Assembly: GCA_963729045.1 (NCBI GenBank)
Contig: CAVSMN010000007.1
Span: 96,001 to 160,000, forward strand
Direction: 5' to 3'
DNA from: an uncultured Nitrososphaeraceae archaeon
Lineage (GTDB): Archaea; Thermoproteota; Nitrososphaeria; Nitrososphaerales; Nitrososphaeraceae
DNA length: 64,000 nucleotides
The notes beneath the pieces are model-generated. The model did no database searches, was not told where the DNA came from, and worked only from the letters and a program-made list of their open reading frames with translations. Of the stretch, positions 1 to 10,852 are shown piece after piece; the stretch's first letter is position 1; every line of letters starts with the position of its first letter. The translations under genes and the position numbers were made by a program.

Positions 1-785
1 TAAAGCCTAACTCTTTGATCTCAAATACTATTTTATCAATTTTGTCAAGATCGTATAACTTGATGATTTCACTCTTCTCTACCTCAATTCTCAGCTATTG
101 TGTCATGATCTCTTACTCTAACCTGTCTTACATCCGATAATCTTTTTATTATTATCTCACATCTTTCAATGCGTTTTAATTTGATAGAATTAATTTCCGT
201 TCCGTGAGGAACCCGTGACGCCAAGCATGAATTCGAAGGTTTATCATGAACAGATAAATTATTGATTTTGGCAAAGTGACGCACTTCCTTCTTGCCCAAT
301 CCAATTTCCAATAGGGGACTCTTGATCCCATTAGAATGCAGTGCGACCATTCCTGGCCTATCATCATCTAAGTCATCAAGATTAGTACCATCTACGATCA
401 GAGTGATATTTTTCTCTTTAGCTAACTTTAGCAAATTAATGGCCAGCTCATTTCTGCAGTGAAAGCAACGAAGTTTATCGTTCTTGGTGAAATTTGGATT
501 ATCTAATTCGTTGTATTCTAGTAAAAGATGAATTACATCAATCTCTTTGGCCACTTTTTTAGCTGTTTCTAATTCTTCGTTTGCCAAAGTCTGATAATTT
601 GCTGTGATTGCCAGAACCTTTTCTTTTCCAAGTGCCTGTCTTGCTGCGAGGGTCACTAATGCGCTATCTACTCCTCCGGATAGGGCGACTAGAACTTTAC
701 AATTTCTGGATTTAAACCAATTAATTAGTAGATAATATTTACTTTGGTTTGAATCCTCCTCACTCTTGATTGAATTAATCGACAT
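1..785 (-). CDS. larE: ATP-dependent sulfur transferase LarE (NPN cofactor synthesis); apparent +1 frameshift near 93; runs off the window edge
   Basis: PP-loop SGGVDS, RCFHCR, DGTNLDD..RPG, SCLASR, QVRVR. Removing one G after GCT restores ARIEVEKSEII...IKELGF to position 1. Confidence 0.9.
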
Positions 786-795
786 CTAAGATCAG

Positions 796-2055
796 CTATA
801 TATCGTATAGATTCCTTTGAAATATTAAATTATTGACTGTTTCCATCGTCTTCCTCAAAGAAAGGCCAAGCTTGTTTGCGATTTCTCTAATATTATCAAA
901 CTCTGGTTTTACGTTAATTATTCTTCCTTGCTGATCCTTTGATATCTTTACACTTATGACATATTCATGATTTTCAATTATGATAGGGAGCAGTACACTA
1001 AACCGTTCCAGTTTATACCTTTCATTTGTTGTTTTTCTAATACCTAATGTTCCTGTCTCATTAAAAATCCATTCAATGATATTTTTTTCAATGTCCTCGG
1101 AACAAATAACCTTGAGAATATGTACTGGTCTGTTCTTCTTAGTTATTCCGTTTACCATTGTGACATCCTTCACTCCTACATCCTGTTTTGATAACTTTTC
1201 TACCAAATCACCAATCATCTCACCGGTCATATCATCAATATTTGTCTCAAGAACCGATACTGTATCTGAATGTATGGAGTAGTGAATATTCGATTTTCCA
1301 ATAGAAATTCTTAATATGTTAGGAATACCCTCAAATTTCTTAAATCCAGCACCATATCCTATCTTATGAGGTATAAATTCAGGATATGTACTAATAATTT
1401 TGGGATTCAATCCTGCTAATATTGCTGCTCCAGTAGGGGTAGTTATTTCAGAGTGCACTGGACCTCCAGTTATTGGTAGCTCTAAAATCCTAAAAATTTC
1501 CAACACTGCGTTTGTAGGATTTGGAATCGTTCCATGTGAGAATTGGGTTGTTCCTCCTCCAACAGCAACCTTAGTAGAATAAAAAGTTGTATCGAAAAAT
1601 AAATCCAAGTCATCCAGAGCAGTTGCACTTCCAATTAAATCTGCAGCCGTGTCAAGGCTAGACGACTCGTGGAGGTGCAAGTCTCTAACTTCTCTACCGT
1701 GAATTCTTGCCTCTACTCTAATTATAGTTTTTATCGTCTCCATTACAAATTTTTTTGCCATTTCAGAAAGATTTGTAACATTGCAGCTATCGGCCAAAAT
1801 TCTTAACATCTCAGAGGCATTTCGTTCCAATGATTTCTCTTCAATCTCAAAAAGAAATTTTGTTGCCCTTATTCCATTTGATTCAGAATTTATGAATTCT
1901 ATCTTTTTTATTCTCGTATCGGAAAATAGTTTCTCTATACTCTTTATGTTATTTATGATTCTGTTCTTATTGGCACCACAATCCACCAAAGCAGATAAGA
2001 ACATATCTCCTGAAATTCCTGCAACCTGTGGATCAATTACAACTACTTTTCTCAA
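796..2055 (-). CDS. larC: Nickel pincer cofactor nickel chelatase LarC (track ORF extends to 2139; likely start TTG at 2055)
   Basis: GISGDMFLSALVD, EARIHG..LHLHE, EITTPTGAAI, LETNIDD, KKNRP, ETGTLGIR, KPEFD motifs. Confidence 0.9.
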   Translation of the reverse strand: MRKVVVIDPQVAGISGDMFLSALVDCGANKNRIINNIKSIEKLFSDTRIKKIEFINSESNGIRATKFLFEIEEKSLERNASEMLRILADSCNVTNLSEMAKKFVMETIKTIIRVEARIHGREVRDLHLHESSSLDTAADLIGSATALDDLDLFFDTTFYSTKVAVGGGTTQFSHGTIPNPTNAVLEIFRILELPITGGPVHSEITTPTGAAILAGLNPKIISTYPEFIPHKIGYGAGFKKFEGIPNILRISIGKSNIHYSIHSDTVSVLETNIDDMTGEMIGDLVEKLSKQDVGVKDVTMVNGITKKNRPVHILKVICSEDIEKNIIEWIFNETGTLGIRKTTNERYKLERFSVLLPIIIENHEYVISVKISKDQQGRIINVKPEFDNIREIANKLGLSLRKTMETVNNLIFQRNLYDI

Positions 2056-2212
2056 ATATAATTTTATTATATAGACTCCTCTATAATGGGTTTTATAGTC
2101 CAGATAATTAATCACGGATCGAATGCCTCGATAAGACATTGATATGATTATTAAATCTTTGAATATTAGGAGAATTTAAAACTATAAATAAAAAAAATAA
2201 TGTCACATTTGT

Positions 2213-3130
2213 ATGACAATATCTATTATTGGTTCTGGTAGAGTGGGGGCCTCGGTTGCCTTAAATTGCGGTATAAGAGAATTAGATCCTCAAATAAATC
2301 TAATCGATATAATCGAGGGATTGCCGCAAGGGGAAGCAATGGATATCAATCATCAATTGTCTGAACAAGGTATAGACAGTTTTGTCCAGGGCACCAATGA
2401 CTTTAGTATTTTGAAGGATTCGGAGATAGTCATTTTAGTTGCCGGGATTGGGCGTAAACCTGGAATGACGAGGATGGATCTTCTTAAAACAAATGCTTCT
2501 ATTGTTAAGGATGTTTCATCAAAAATTGCTCAACATCGTCAAACATGTAAACTAATTATAGTAACTAATCCTTTGGATCCAATGACATATCTTGCTCTAA
2601 AGACCACAAAATTTCCTAAAAATAATGTAATGGGAATGGGAGGAATGCTGGACTTGTCGAGATTCTCTAGTTTTATCAATGAATATACTCGTATGTCTAG
2701 AAATTCAATTTCAGCAATGGTGATTAGTGAACATGGAGAAAGGATGTTACCACTAATTAGATTTTCTTCGATTTCTGGAATACCTTTAAGTCATTTCATA
2801 GATGAAAAGCAATCAAAAGAAATCTATGAAAAAACCAAACAAGTGGCTGCTGAAGTCATTAAATATAAAGGCGCTACAGTATACGCACCAGGCAATGCGG
2901 TGGCAACTATGGTTGAATCAATAGTAAAAGACAAAAGAACTGTTATTCCATTATCTACATATCTTGATGGTGAATATGGGGTAAAAGATGTGTGTATTGG
3001 GGTTCCTGCGGTACTTGGGAAAGATGGAGTAGAAAAGATTGTAGAATTACCCCTAAACGAATTTGAACAACAAGAGTTCACAAACGGAGTTAAAAATGTG
3101 AAAGAAGCAATCTCTCTTCTGCCGCTTTAA
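2213..3130 (+). CDS. mdh: Malate dehydrogenase (LDH-like)
   Basis: GSGRVG Rossmann motif, [14 protein letters not shown] substrate loop with Arg, TNPLD, LDLSRF, EHG. Confidence 0.93.
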   Translation: MTISIIGSGRVGASVALNCGIRELDPQINLIDIIEGLPQGEAMDINHQLSEQGIDSFVQGTNDFSILKDSEIVILVAGIGRKPGMTRMDLLKTNASIVKDVSSKIAQHRQTCKLIIVTNPLDPMTYLALKTTKFPKNNVMGMGGMLDLSRFSSFINEYTRMSRNSISAMVISEHGERMLPLIRFSSISGIPLSHFIDEKQSKEIYEKTKQVAAEVIKYKGATVYAPGNAVATMVESIVKDKRTVIPLSTYLDGEYGVKDVCIGVPAVLGKDGVEKIVELPLNEFEQQEFTNGVKNVKEAISLLPL

Positions 3131-3131
3131 C

Positions 3132-3923
3132 TTGTTTGTATGGTTTATGGACTTAAGAAATATTTTATTAGATTATTACAATGACAAGAAAAGCCTTGAT
3201 GAAGTGATCAAATCTATCTCCCTTTTTTCTGTAGAATACATCGAGAACGATATAGCCCAAATCGATATTAACCGCGATTTTAGAAAATCTATTCCAGAGA
3301 TTATTCTGGCATCACACAAAAAAACTAGCGAATTGGTGATCATTATTAATCGAATCCTTGAGAAAAAAGGCTATGTCCTTGTGAGTAAAATTAAGCCTTT
3401 GATAGTAGGCAAATTGGTAAATTATTATAGCGAAAAGGGTCTTGTGGTAGACAGAGGCCACAATGGAACTTCTATACTAGTGTATGACGAGATAACTTCT
3501 CTTCCTAAAAATAGAGGAGGTAAAGTGGGAATCATTTGTGCTGGTACATCTGATGTGGGGATTGCTGAAGAGGCACGATTGGCAACTTTAGCAATGGGTT
3601 GCACGTCTTATCTTGCTTATGACGTAGGTATAGCTGGGATTCACAGATTGCTCAACTCATTGAAGCAAATGATGTCGAGCAATATCGATGTGATAGTAGC
3701 AGTTGCTGGAATGGAGGGGGCACTTCCAGCTGTGGTAACTTCTCTGGTATCTGTTCCAGTAATAGGTGTACCTTGTTCTGTGGGATATGGTTATGGCAAT
3801 AATGGTAAAGGTGCGTTGGCATCCATGCTGCAGACCTGTTCATTTGGTCTTTCTGTTGTAAATATAGATAACGGAATAGGGGGAGGCATTTTTGCAAGTA
3901 TAATCGCGAACAAGGGCCGGTGA
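3132..3923 (+). CDS. larB: Nickel pincer cofactor biosynthesis protein LarB
   Basis: AGTSD..AEEA, DVGIAGIHRL, AGMEGALP, PVIGVP.SVGYG, VVNIDNG. Confidence 0.92.
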   Translation: MFVWFMDLRNILLDYYNDKKSLDEVIKSISLFSVEYIENDIAQIDINRDFRKSIPEIILASHKKTSELVIIINRILEKKGYVLVSKIKPLIVGKLVNYYSEKGLVVDRGHNGTSILVYDEITSLPKNRGGKVGIICAGTSDVGIAEEARLATLAMGCTSYLAYDVGIAGIHRLLNSLKQMMSSNIDVIVAVAGMEGALPAVVTSLVSVPVIGVPCSVGYGYGNNGKGALASMLQTCSFGLSVVNIDNGIGGGIFASIIANKGR

Positions 3924-4493
3924 AGAGTTCAAATACTTTTATGATTCTTATACAAAATATCTGTTAACCCTACGTTGTTTTTGACTCATTCGTAAAGTTT
4001 TTGATGACGGTTCGTAAATTCCTTTTGAAAAGCCTATTTATCTTCTCGCTAAGAGAAAATATGATCTATAAACTCCTGTTCAGCTGATTGCCCTTACAGA
4101 CAAGAATACAAAGGGTTAATGGACCTGCCTTTTGCTTGGACAATTAGCCTTCCAATACTTTTTTGGGATCTTCCAACAATTATATGCGAAAATGCATACC
4201 TTGCTTTATGTAATCATTCTGTTTTTTATGACTGACAGGCTAATCCAAGATTAAAGAATAATCTAATGTTATCATAGTTTTTCGACCTTTCATAAAGTCT
4301 ACCATGCATAACAGATTCAAAATGACTAAAATATTCTGATTGATTTAACAGTTATACAATGAATCTTATTTTGAACTTGATGATATGTTTGATCTCCTCA
4401 TTCATTAACATTATTTCTTTATCTATTTTTTAAAACGTTTATAAGAGATTTAAGAGAATTTTTTTGATTGTTAGAATAAAGGAGAAGTAATGA

Positions 4494-5066
4494 ATGTCTT
4501 ACATTAAAACGCTTAAAAGAATAAGAAATAATAAAACAAATTATAGAAAAAGAAAGGCTGTGTTAATTAGCAAAAGAAATTTCATAACGGTAAGAATCAG
4601 TAATCAAAATATTCACTGTCAATTGATCAAACCGTCGATTAAAGGTGATATCGTCCTCTCATTTTCCAATAGTAAAGAGCTGGCAAAATTTGAGTGGAAA
4701 GGTTCTACTAATAACTTATCTGCTTGTTATCTGGTCGGATTGATGCTTGGAAAAAAAATGCTTGCCAAAAAAATTGATTCTGCAATTTTGTATACTGGTC
4801 AGAGATCTTTCACAAGCAAAGTAGCAGCCTGTCTTAAAGGTATTGCTGCTGCTGGAGTCAATATTCCATTATCTGAAGAAACTTTGCCTGATGAAAATCG
4901 AATAAATGGTACCCACATATCACTATATGCCACAATTCTTAAGGAGGATAAAAATAAATATGAGAAACAATTTTCCGGGTTATTTAGTAAGAATATTAAT
5001 CCAGAAGAATATCCAAAACATTTTGAAGAAGTAAAGACTCGAATTTCTGCCGGAAATTTCAATTAG
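4494..5066 (+). CDS. rpl18: 50S ribosomal protein uL18
   Basis: KTNYRKRK, archaeal L18 pattern, position before S5. Confidence 0.93.
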   Translation: MSYIKTLKRIRNNKTNYRKRKAVLISKRNFITVRISNQNIHCQLIKPSIKGDIVLSFSNSKELAKFEWKGSTNNLSACYLVGLMLGKKMLAKKIDSAILYTGQRSFTSKVAACLKGIAAAGVNIPLSEETLPDENRINGTHISLYATILKEDKNKYEKQFSGLFSKNINPEEYPKHFEEVKTRISAGNFN

Positions 5067-5207
5067 GGTGAAAACTTGACTACAATAATATTCACCGAAA
5101 GAATAATAAACAAAAAAATAACTGATTTTGATAAGGTACTAATGTGTTGAGAATGAAAGTTATTATGATTAATGGATTGATAATGCCTTATGGATCGGGT
5201 GTAATTA

Positions 5208-5828
5208 ATGAGTAGGATGTCTAGGCCTAGTGAACCTGAGGTAGAATGGAAACCCAGAACTACACTAGGTATTATGGTAGCCAGTGGTAAAATTAACTCT
5301 ATGGAGCAAATATTTGAGAATGGAATGAGGATTCAGGAATCTGAGATTGTGAAACACCTTTTGCCTGATATCAAAACTCAGGTAGTAAGCGTCGAAATAG
5401 TACAAAAACAAACCGATGCTGGCGAACTCACTAGATTTAATGCTCTTGTGGCAATAGGCAATGAGTCTGGGTGGTTTGGAATAGGAAAAGGTAAAGCCTC
5501 ACAAATGAGAAACGCTATAGACAAGGCCACCAATGCTTCTTATTTAAACGTCATTCCAGTAAAATTGGGATGCGGAAGTTGGGAATGTCGATGTCACCAA
5601 GCTCATTCGGTGCCGTTTAAAGTGCAGGGTAGAGGTGGCAGTGTAACGATTGAATTGATCCCTGGCCCTCGTGGATTAGGTATAGTAGCTGGTGAGAATA
5701 TTAGAAACTTGTTGAAATTAGCGGGATTAAAGGATTGCTGGAGTAGGTCTTTTGGATCTACTAATACGATGTCGTCTACTGCAAAAGCAATTTTTAGTGC
5801 ATTAAGAAGTACGTTTATCACAGGATAG
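5208..5828 (+). CDS. rps5: 30S ribosomal protein uS5
   Basis: WKPRT.LG, QKQTDAGE, GCGSWEC, PGPRGLG. Confidence 0.95.
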   Translation: MSRMSRPSEPEVEWKPRTTLGIMVASGKINSMEQIFENGMRIQESEIVKHLLPDIKTQVVSVEIVQKQTDAGELTRFNALVAIGNESGWFGIGKGKASQMRNAIDKATNASYLNVIPVKLGCGSWECRCHQAHSVPFKVQGRGGSVTIELIPGPRGLGIVAGENIRNLLKLAGLKDCWSRSFGSTNTMSSTAKAIFSALRSTFITG

Positions 5829-5836
5829 GAATTGAA

Positions 5837-6307
5837 ATGGTGTATTTAGTAGTTAGAATGAAAGGAACTGTTAACATTCCCAATTGGGCAAATGTAACAC
5901 TTGAAAGTTTACATCTTAACAAGAAATTTCGTGCAACTTTGATTCCAGAAAATGACCAAACATTGGGGATGCTCAGGAAAATAAAAGAAATTGTTGCTTG
6001 GACTTCCGTTGAGGAAAACTTTATCAGAGAATTCATAGAACAAAAAGGCCGTGCATCATCATCTAAATTGTTTTCCAATCAGAGGCAGGAGGAATCTGGA
6101 AAAACATCCAATACTGACATTAACAAGGTTGTCTCTGATGTCTCTAAGAATGAAACATATCTTTCCAAATTAGATGGAATAAAACCATGGTTTGCGTTGA
6201 ATCCTCCAAGAGGCGGATTTAAGAAAAAATCAAAGCTTTTGCACTCTCAAAACGGAATATTGGGGGAGAATAAAGATTTGTTAGAAATCGTAAAGAGGAT
6301 GATGTAA
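5837..6307 (+). CDS. rpl30: 50S ribosomal protein uL30
   Basis: YLVVRMKG, KPWFALNPPRGGFK, synteny. Confidence 0.93.
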   Translation: MVYLVVRMKGTVNIPNWANVTLESLHLNKKFRATLIPENDQTLGMLRKIKEIVAWTSVEENFIREFIEQKGRASSSKLFSNQRQEESGKTSNTDINKVVSDVSKNETYLSKLDGIKPWFALNPPRGGFKKKSKLLHSQNGILGENKDLLEIVKRMM

Positions 6308-6406
6308 TCTATGAACAATAATTATTTGTCGTTTAGTAAAGCATTGCAAACTTTAATATTTATACCCAAAGTTGCTTATCCACTAAGGGACATTTGGTGA
6401 TAATGG

Positions 6407-6844
6407 ATGGCTACTCGATTAAGAAAAAGTAGAAAACAGCGCGGAAGTCGCTTCTGCGGATGGGGCCAAATTGGTCAACATAGAGCTTCGGGAAGTAGAG
6501 GAGGTGTAGGAGGCGCTGGAAAGCACAAGCACTTCTTCATCAGAACACTTAAAGAGGAACCGAATCATTTTGGGCATGAACAATTTCATGCATTAAGACC
6601 AAGCGATTCTTTAAGATGGATAAATCTTAAAGACTTGAATGAGTTGGTAAAATATTCAGAAACTAGTGAAGATGGTAAGGTCATACTTGATTTAGAAAAG
6701 TTAGGGTATGATAAGGTATTGGGTAATGGAGCCATAAACTCTGCCCTTACAGTTCGGGTAAAAAGGATCTCAGACTCTGCCAAGAACAAAATCACAGCAG
6801 CTGGAGGAGAGGTGCTAATTTTAGATGAGCTCAGTACAGAATGA
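6407..6844 (+). CDS. rpl15: 50S ribosomal protein uL15
   Basis: RGSR..GWG..GQHR.SG.RGG.G.AG..KH, KVLG.G, KI.AAGG. Confidence 0.95.
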   Translation: MATRLRKSRKQRGSRFCGWGQIGQHRASGSRGGVGGAGKHKHFFIRTLKEEPNHFGHEQFHALRPSDSLRWINLKDLNELVKYSETSEDGKVILDLEKLGYDKVLGNGAINSALTVRVKRISDSAKNKITAAGGEVLILDELSTE

Positions 6845-8276
6845 TGGTATATTTAGAACAATCGTAAAGACAATCTCCCCTGTTATCCCACAAGTTGAGA
6901 AACCTAAAAAGAAAATTACTCTAACTAATAAATTGATATGGACTGGCATTGCTATGCTTATATACTTAGTAATGGGCCAGGTTCCATTATTTGGAATAAT
7001 TATCGATCCCGCAAATGATCCATTGGCTTTTGCCAGAGTAATCTTTGCTGCCCAACAGGGAACTTTGTTGGAGCTTGGAATTGGTCCTATTGTTACTGCT
7101 GGATTGTTAATGCAGTTATTGAAAGGTTCGGATATATTAAAACTAAACTTTAAGGATCCTAATGATAGATCCCTTTTTACATCTGCTACAAAAATAGTGA
7201 CAATAATTGTAATCGTTGCAGAAACACTACTGTATGGTGTAAGTGTATATGGAGGTGCTACTCCGTCGGGCCTCCACTTGGCCGTATTAATAGCGCAGTT
7301 GATGGCGGCGTCCATCATAGTCATGTACCTTGATGAATTGGTTCAGAAAGGATGGGGGCTTGGCTCAGGAATCAGTATATTCATTATGGCCGGGGTCGCG
7401 CAAGCGATAATGTGGAGTCTCTTTAATCCCATACCAATACCTGGTGGCACTGAACCTAGTGGCTTGATACCCTTCATGATCACAAGCGGAATGGAGGGTA
7501 ATATAGGAGACGCTATACTCCGTGCGTCACCACCTGCACCTGTACCAAATATGCCCAGCCTCTTTGGATTTGGGATGACCGCGGGGATATTGCTGCTATT
7601 GGTCTACGTTCAGGGTATACACGTGGACATACCTATAGTATCGACCCGGTATCGGGGCTTTACTGCGACATATCCCATCAAATTACTTTATACGTCCAAC
7701 ATCCCCGTGATTTTGGCGTCTGCGCTTTTGGCGAACGCGCTTTTCATAGGGCAAATGCTCTGGGTAAATTACAATCCTAACAACGATAATCCTGCCTTCA
7801 ACTATATAGCGCAGTACGACGCGCAATCGCAGAAACCTACTGGAGGTCTGTTTTATTACATTACTGCGCCTAGATCCTTTGAGGCTGTCGTAGCGGATCC
7901 CGTTAGAGCGGTTGTATACGTACTGTTCTTGACGACGATTGTTACCATCTTTGGCCGGCTTTGGGTGGAGCTAGGTGGACTCTCTGCGAAGGCGGCGGCG
8001 AAGAACCTATTGGATGCGGATGTCCAAGTACCTGGTTTTAGACGGTCGGAAAGTTCAGTGGAATCCCTGCTGAACCGGTATATCCCGTCTGTGACTATAA
8101 TAGGAGGAGTAATAATCGGGTTATTGGCTTCTGTATCAGATTTATTCAATGTTTTCGGAACTGGAATAGGTTTGTTACTGATGGTGGATATACTTGTGAA
8201 CTACTATAACTTGTTGGTTAGAGAACAAGTCGACGTTCATATGCCAAAATTGGCTTCCTTATTAGGACGCACATAG
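6825..8276 (+). CDS. secY: Preprotein translocase subunit SecY
   Basis: ELGIGPIVTAG, KGWGLGSGISIFI, YPIKLLYTSNIP, VPGFR, GTGIGLLL. Confidence 0.97.
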   Translation: MSSVQNDGIFRTIVKTISPVIPQVEKPKKKITLTNKLIWTGIAMLIYLVMGQVPLFGIIIDPANDPLAFARVIFAAQQGTLLELGIGPIVTAGLLMQLLKGSDILKLNFKDPNDRSLFTSATKIVTIIVIVAETLLYGVSVYGGATPSGLHLAVLIAQLMAASIIVMYLDELVQKGWGLGSGISIFIMAGVAQAIMWSLFNPIPIPGGTEPSGLIPFMITSGMEGNIGDAILRASPPAPVPNMPSLFGFGMTAGILLLLVYVQGIHVDIPIVSTRYRGFTATYPIKLLYTSNIPVILASALLANALFIGQMLWVNYNPNNDNPAFNYIAQYDAQSQKPTGGLFYYITAPRSFEAVVADPVRAVVYVLFLTTIVTIFGRLWVELGGLSAKAAAKNLLDADVQVPGFRRSESSVESLLNRYIPSVTIIGGVIIGLLASVSDLFNVFGTGIGLLLMVDILVNYYNLLVREQVDVHMPKLASLLGRT

Positions 8277-8423
8277 AAGAATTTGGTCACATGATAATGA
8301 TTTCAAAATCAAAATCATTATCATACCATATATTCTCAAATTTTAATACTTTGCAAATTAATGAAACTATTATTATCAATTATAAAGCTAAAAATAAAGG
8401 ATTTATTTTCTAAATAGAATTAT

Positions 8424-8999
8424 ATGACTAAGCGCGTTATGATAGTTGGGATTCCAGGTGTAGGAAAATCTACTGTTATAACAAATGTATTTAATTTGCT
8501 CTCTCAAGAGGGTATCGATACTAAAATCGCCGAATTTGGTAAGATCATGTTCGAACAAGCAAAACTCCTATCGATCAACAATCGCGACCAACTCAGGAAG
8601 TTATCTATAGAGCAGCAGAGGTCTTTACAGGAAATGACTGCAAACTATATTAATTCGTTAGGTAATGACGTTGTAATTATCGACACCCACTTATTTATCA
8701 GAACTGAGCACGGGTATTATCCAGGTATGCCGTTAAAATTATTAAATATAATAAATCCTTCGCACTTGATTCTGATCACAGCAAAATCCGAAGAGATTCA
8801 TAAAAGAAGGACTGACGATAATAGCAGACAAAGAGATCTGATTTCTATTGACCGTATTAGCGATGATTTAAGGTTATCTGAGAGTATGATATCTTCAAGC
8901 TCCATAATATCTGGTTGCCCTTTCTATATTATACAAAATAATACAAATGAGATTGAAAAGGCTACAGATGATATTTGTGAGGTCATATTAAGCAAATGA
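8424..8999 (+). CDS. adk: Archaeal adenylate kinase
   Basis: GIPGVGKST P-loop, RDQLRKL, IDTH, GYYPG. Confidence 0.92.
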   Translation: MTKRVMIVGIPGVGKSTVITNVFNLLSQEGIDTKIAEFGKIMFEQAKLLSINNRDQLRKLSIEQQRSLQEMTANYINSLGNDVVIIDTHLFIRTEHGYYPGMPLKLLNIINPSHLILITAKSEEIHKRRTDDNSRQRDLISIDRISDDLRLSESMISSSSIISGCPFYIIQNNTNEIEKATDDICEVILSK

Positions 9000-9063
9000 T
9001 AGCAAAAAAATCATTGATAGCTTTATATATACATAGGTCACTATTGACCAAAATCTAGTTTTA

Positions 9064-9696
9064 GTGTTAAAAATGGGATCGAATCAAATTAAGGATATTA
9101 AGAAAAGTGAAGACAATGTGGATCGAAAGATGAGTATTGTAATTTCTGGATGGCCCGCTGTGGGAAAGACTACGATTGCTGAAAATCTAGCAAAGGATTT
9201 TAATCTAAAACTTTGGAACGGGGGAGATATATTAAAGATGATGGCGTTTGAAAGAGGTTATTCTTCGTCACTCAATCATGATTGGTGGGATACAGAAGAG
9301 GCAGCTAAATTTATGAAAGAACGCAACAATAATCCAAACTTTGACAGAGAGGTAGATAATCGTTTGATTGAGCTTGTCAAAGAGGGAAACGTCGTCATTA
9401 CTAGTTATACGTTACCATGGATCTCAGACGCAACAATAAATTTTTGGTTGCAGGGCTCTGTTGATAATAGATCAAAACGTATGTCAATGAGAGATAAAAT
9501 AGATATTAATACTGCCAAGAAAATAGTACAACGACGCGATGTTGAAAATAAATTAATTTATCAAAAACTATATCAGTTCGAATTTGGGGAAAAGCTAGAT
9601 GTATTCGACTTTGCCATGAATACTGATATCTTGTCATTAGAATCTTTAATTATTATTTCAAAAAACATAGTAGAGAATGTATTAAGTTCATCTTGA
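9064..9696 (+). CDS. cmk: Cytidylate kinase (start probably later, near 9130)
   Basis: ISGWPAVGKTT, FDREVD, synteny before cbf5. Confidence 0.85.
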   Translation: MLKMGSNQIKDIKKSEDNVDRKMSIVISGWPAVGKTTIAENLAKDFNLKLWNGGDILKMMAFERGYSSSLNHDWWDTEEAAKFMKERNNNPNFDREVDNRLIELVKEGNVVITSYTLPWISDATINFWLQGSVDNRSKRMSMRDKIDINTAKKIVQRRDVENKLIYQKLYQFEFGEKLDVFDFAMNTDILSLESLIIISKNIVENVLSSS

Positions 9697-9727
9697 ATAT
9701 TATGAAATTTAAAGGTAACGAAAATTA

Positions 9728-10775
9728 ATGGAATTTAATCTTCCTCAATTAGACAAATTAGTAAAGATAAATGATGGAACGTCCGATGAGAAATTTGGAT
9801 ATTATCCTAATAATAGACCCATTGCCCAATTATTAAGTTATGGACTGATTTTGTTGGACAAACCACCTGGCACTACAAGTCACGAAATTGTTTCATACGT
9901 TAAGAAAATACTTGGTTTGGAAAAAGCTGGACATAGTGGTACCTTGGATCCAGGGACTACTGGATTGTTGCCTATTGGTTTAGATGAAGGAACAAAAATA
10001 GTCCCAGGTACTACTCATGGGGCCAAAGGAATATGTTGCCTTGGCTAGACTTCATAGTCATGTTTCCAATGAAAAACTTGGTCAAGTACTGAAGGAATTT
10101 ACGGGTCTTATATATCAAAAACCACCCCAAAGATCATCTGTAAAACGTGAGACACGCATTAGAACGATTTACGAATTGGAATTACATGATCAATTTGATC
10201 GATTGTTATTATTAAGAACAGTATGTGAGTCTGGAACATACATTCGTAAACTAATATATGATATAGGGGAAGTTCTTGAAGTTGGTGCTTCAATGATCGA
10301 GTTACGGAGGACTAAAGTTTGTAATTTTGTAGATGAAACCGACTTTGTTAGACTACATGATCTGGTAGATGCATTTCAGTTGTATAAAGAATCCGGCAAT
10401 GAAGAGAAACTTCGACGAATCATGCTTCCAATTGAAATGGCTATGACTCATATTCCAGCAATAACTATTAGGGATACTGCAATTGATGCTCTATGCCACG
10501 GCGCACAGTTAGCACTGCCTGGCATAGTCTCAATTCCTCAAAACCTAAAAAAGGGTGATTTAGTAGGTATCTATTCACTAAAAGGAGAAATCGTCGGACT
10601 GGGTATTTCTGTATTAGATTTTGATGAATTTCTTAGTAAAAAGAAGGGAATTTGCTTCCAAATAAAGCGGATCGTTATGAAACCAAACACATATCCCAAA
10701 TTTTGGTCCACATCCGACACTAATGCGAACCCAGCCAACCATAATGTAACCAGTGATGAATCGATCTTTACCTAA
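9728..10775 (+). CDS. cbf5: H/ACA pseudouridine synthase Cbf5; apparent +1 frameshift near 10008
   Basis: LDKPPG.TSHE and GHSGTLDP in the first ORF; KEY, YQKPP, GTYIRKL and PUA domain in the second; one extra G in CCAGGTA. Confidence 0.93.
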
Positions 10776-10852
10776 TTATGAATTGCTGATCCAACCACAA
10801 CATGTGATTGCCAGGCAATTTAATTCGAAGTAGACCGATCAGAACTAAATTA

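Noticed and set aside
6821..8149. Antisense ORFs over secY (6821-7324 and 7856-8149) as the cause of the codon anomaly
   Set aside because: They do not span the block, their limits do not match its boundaries, and they lie in the usual shadow frame.
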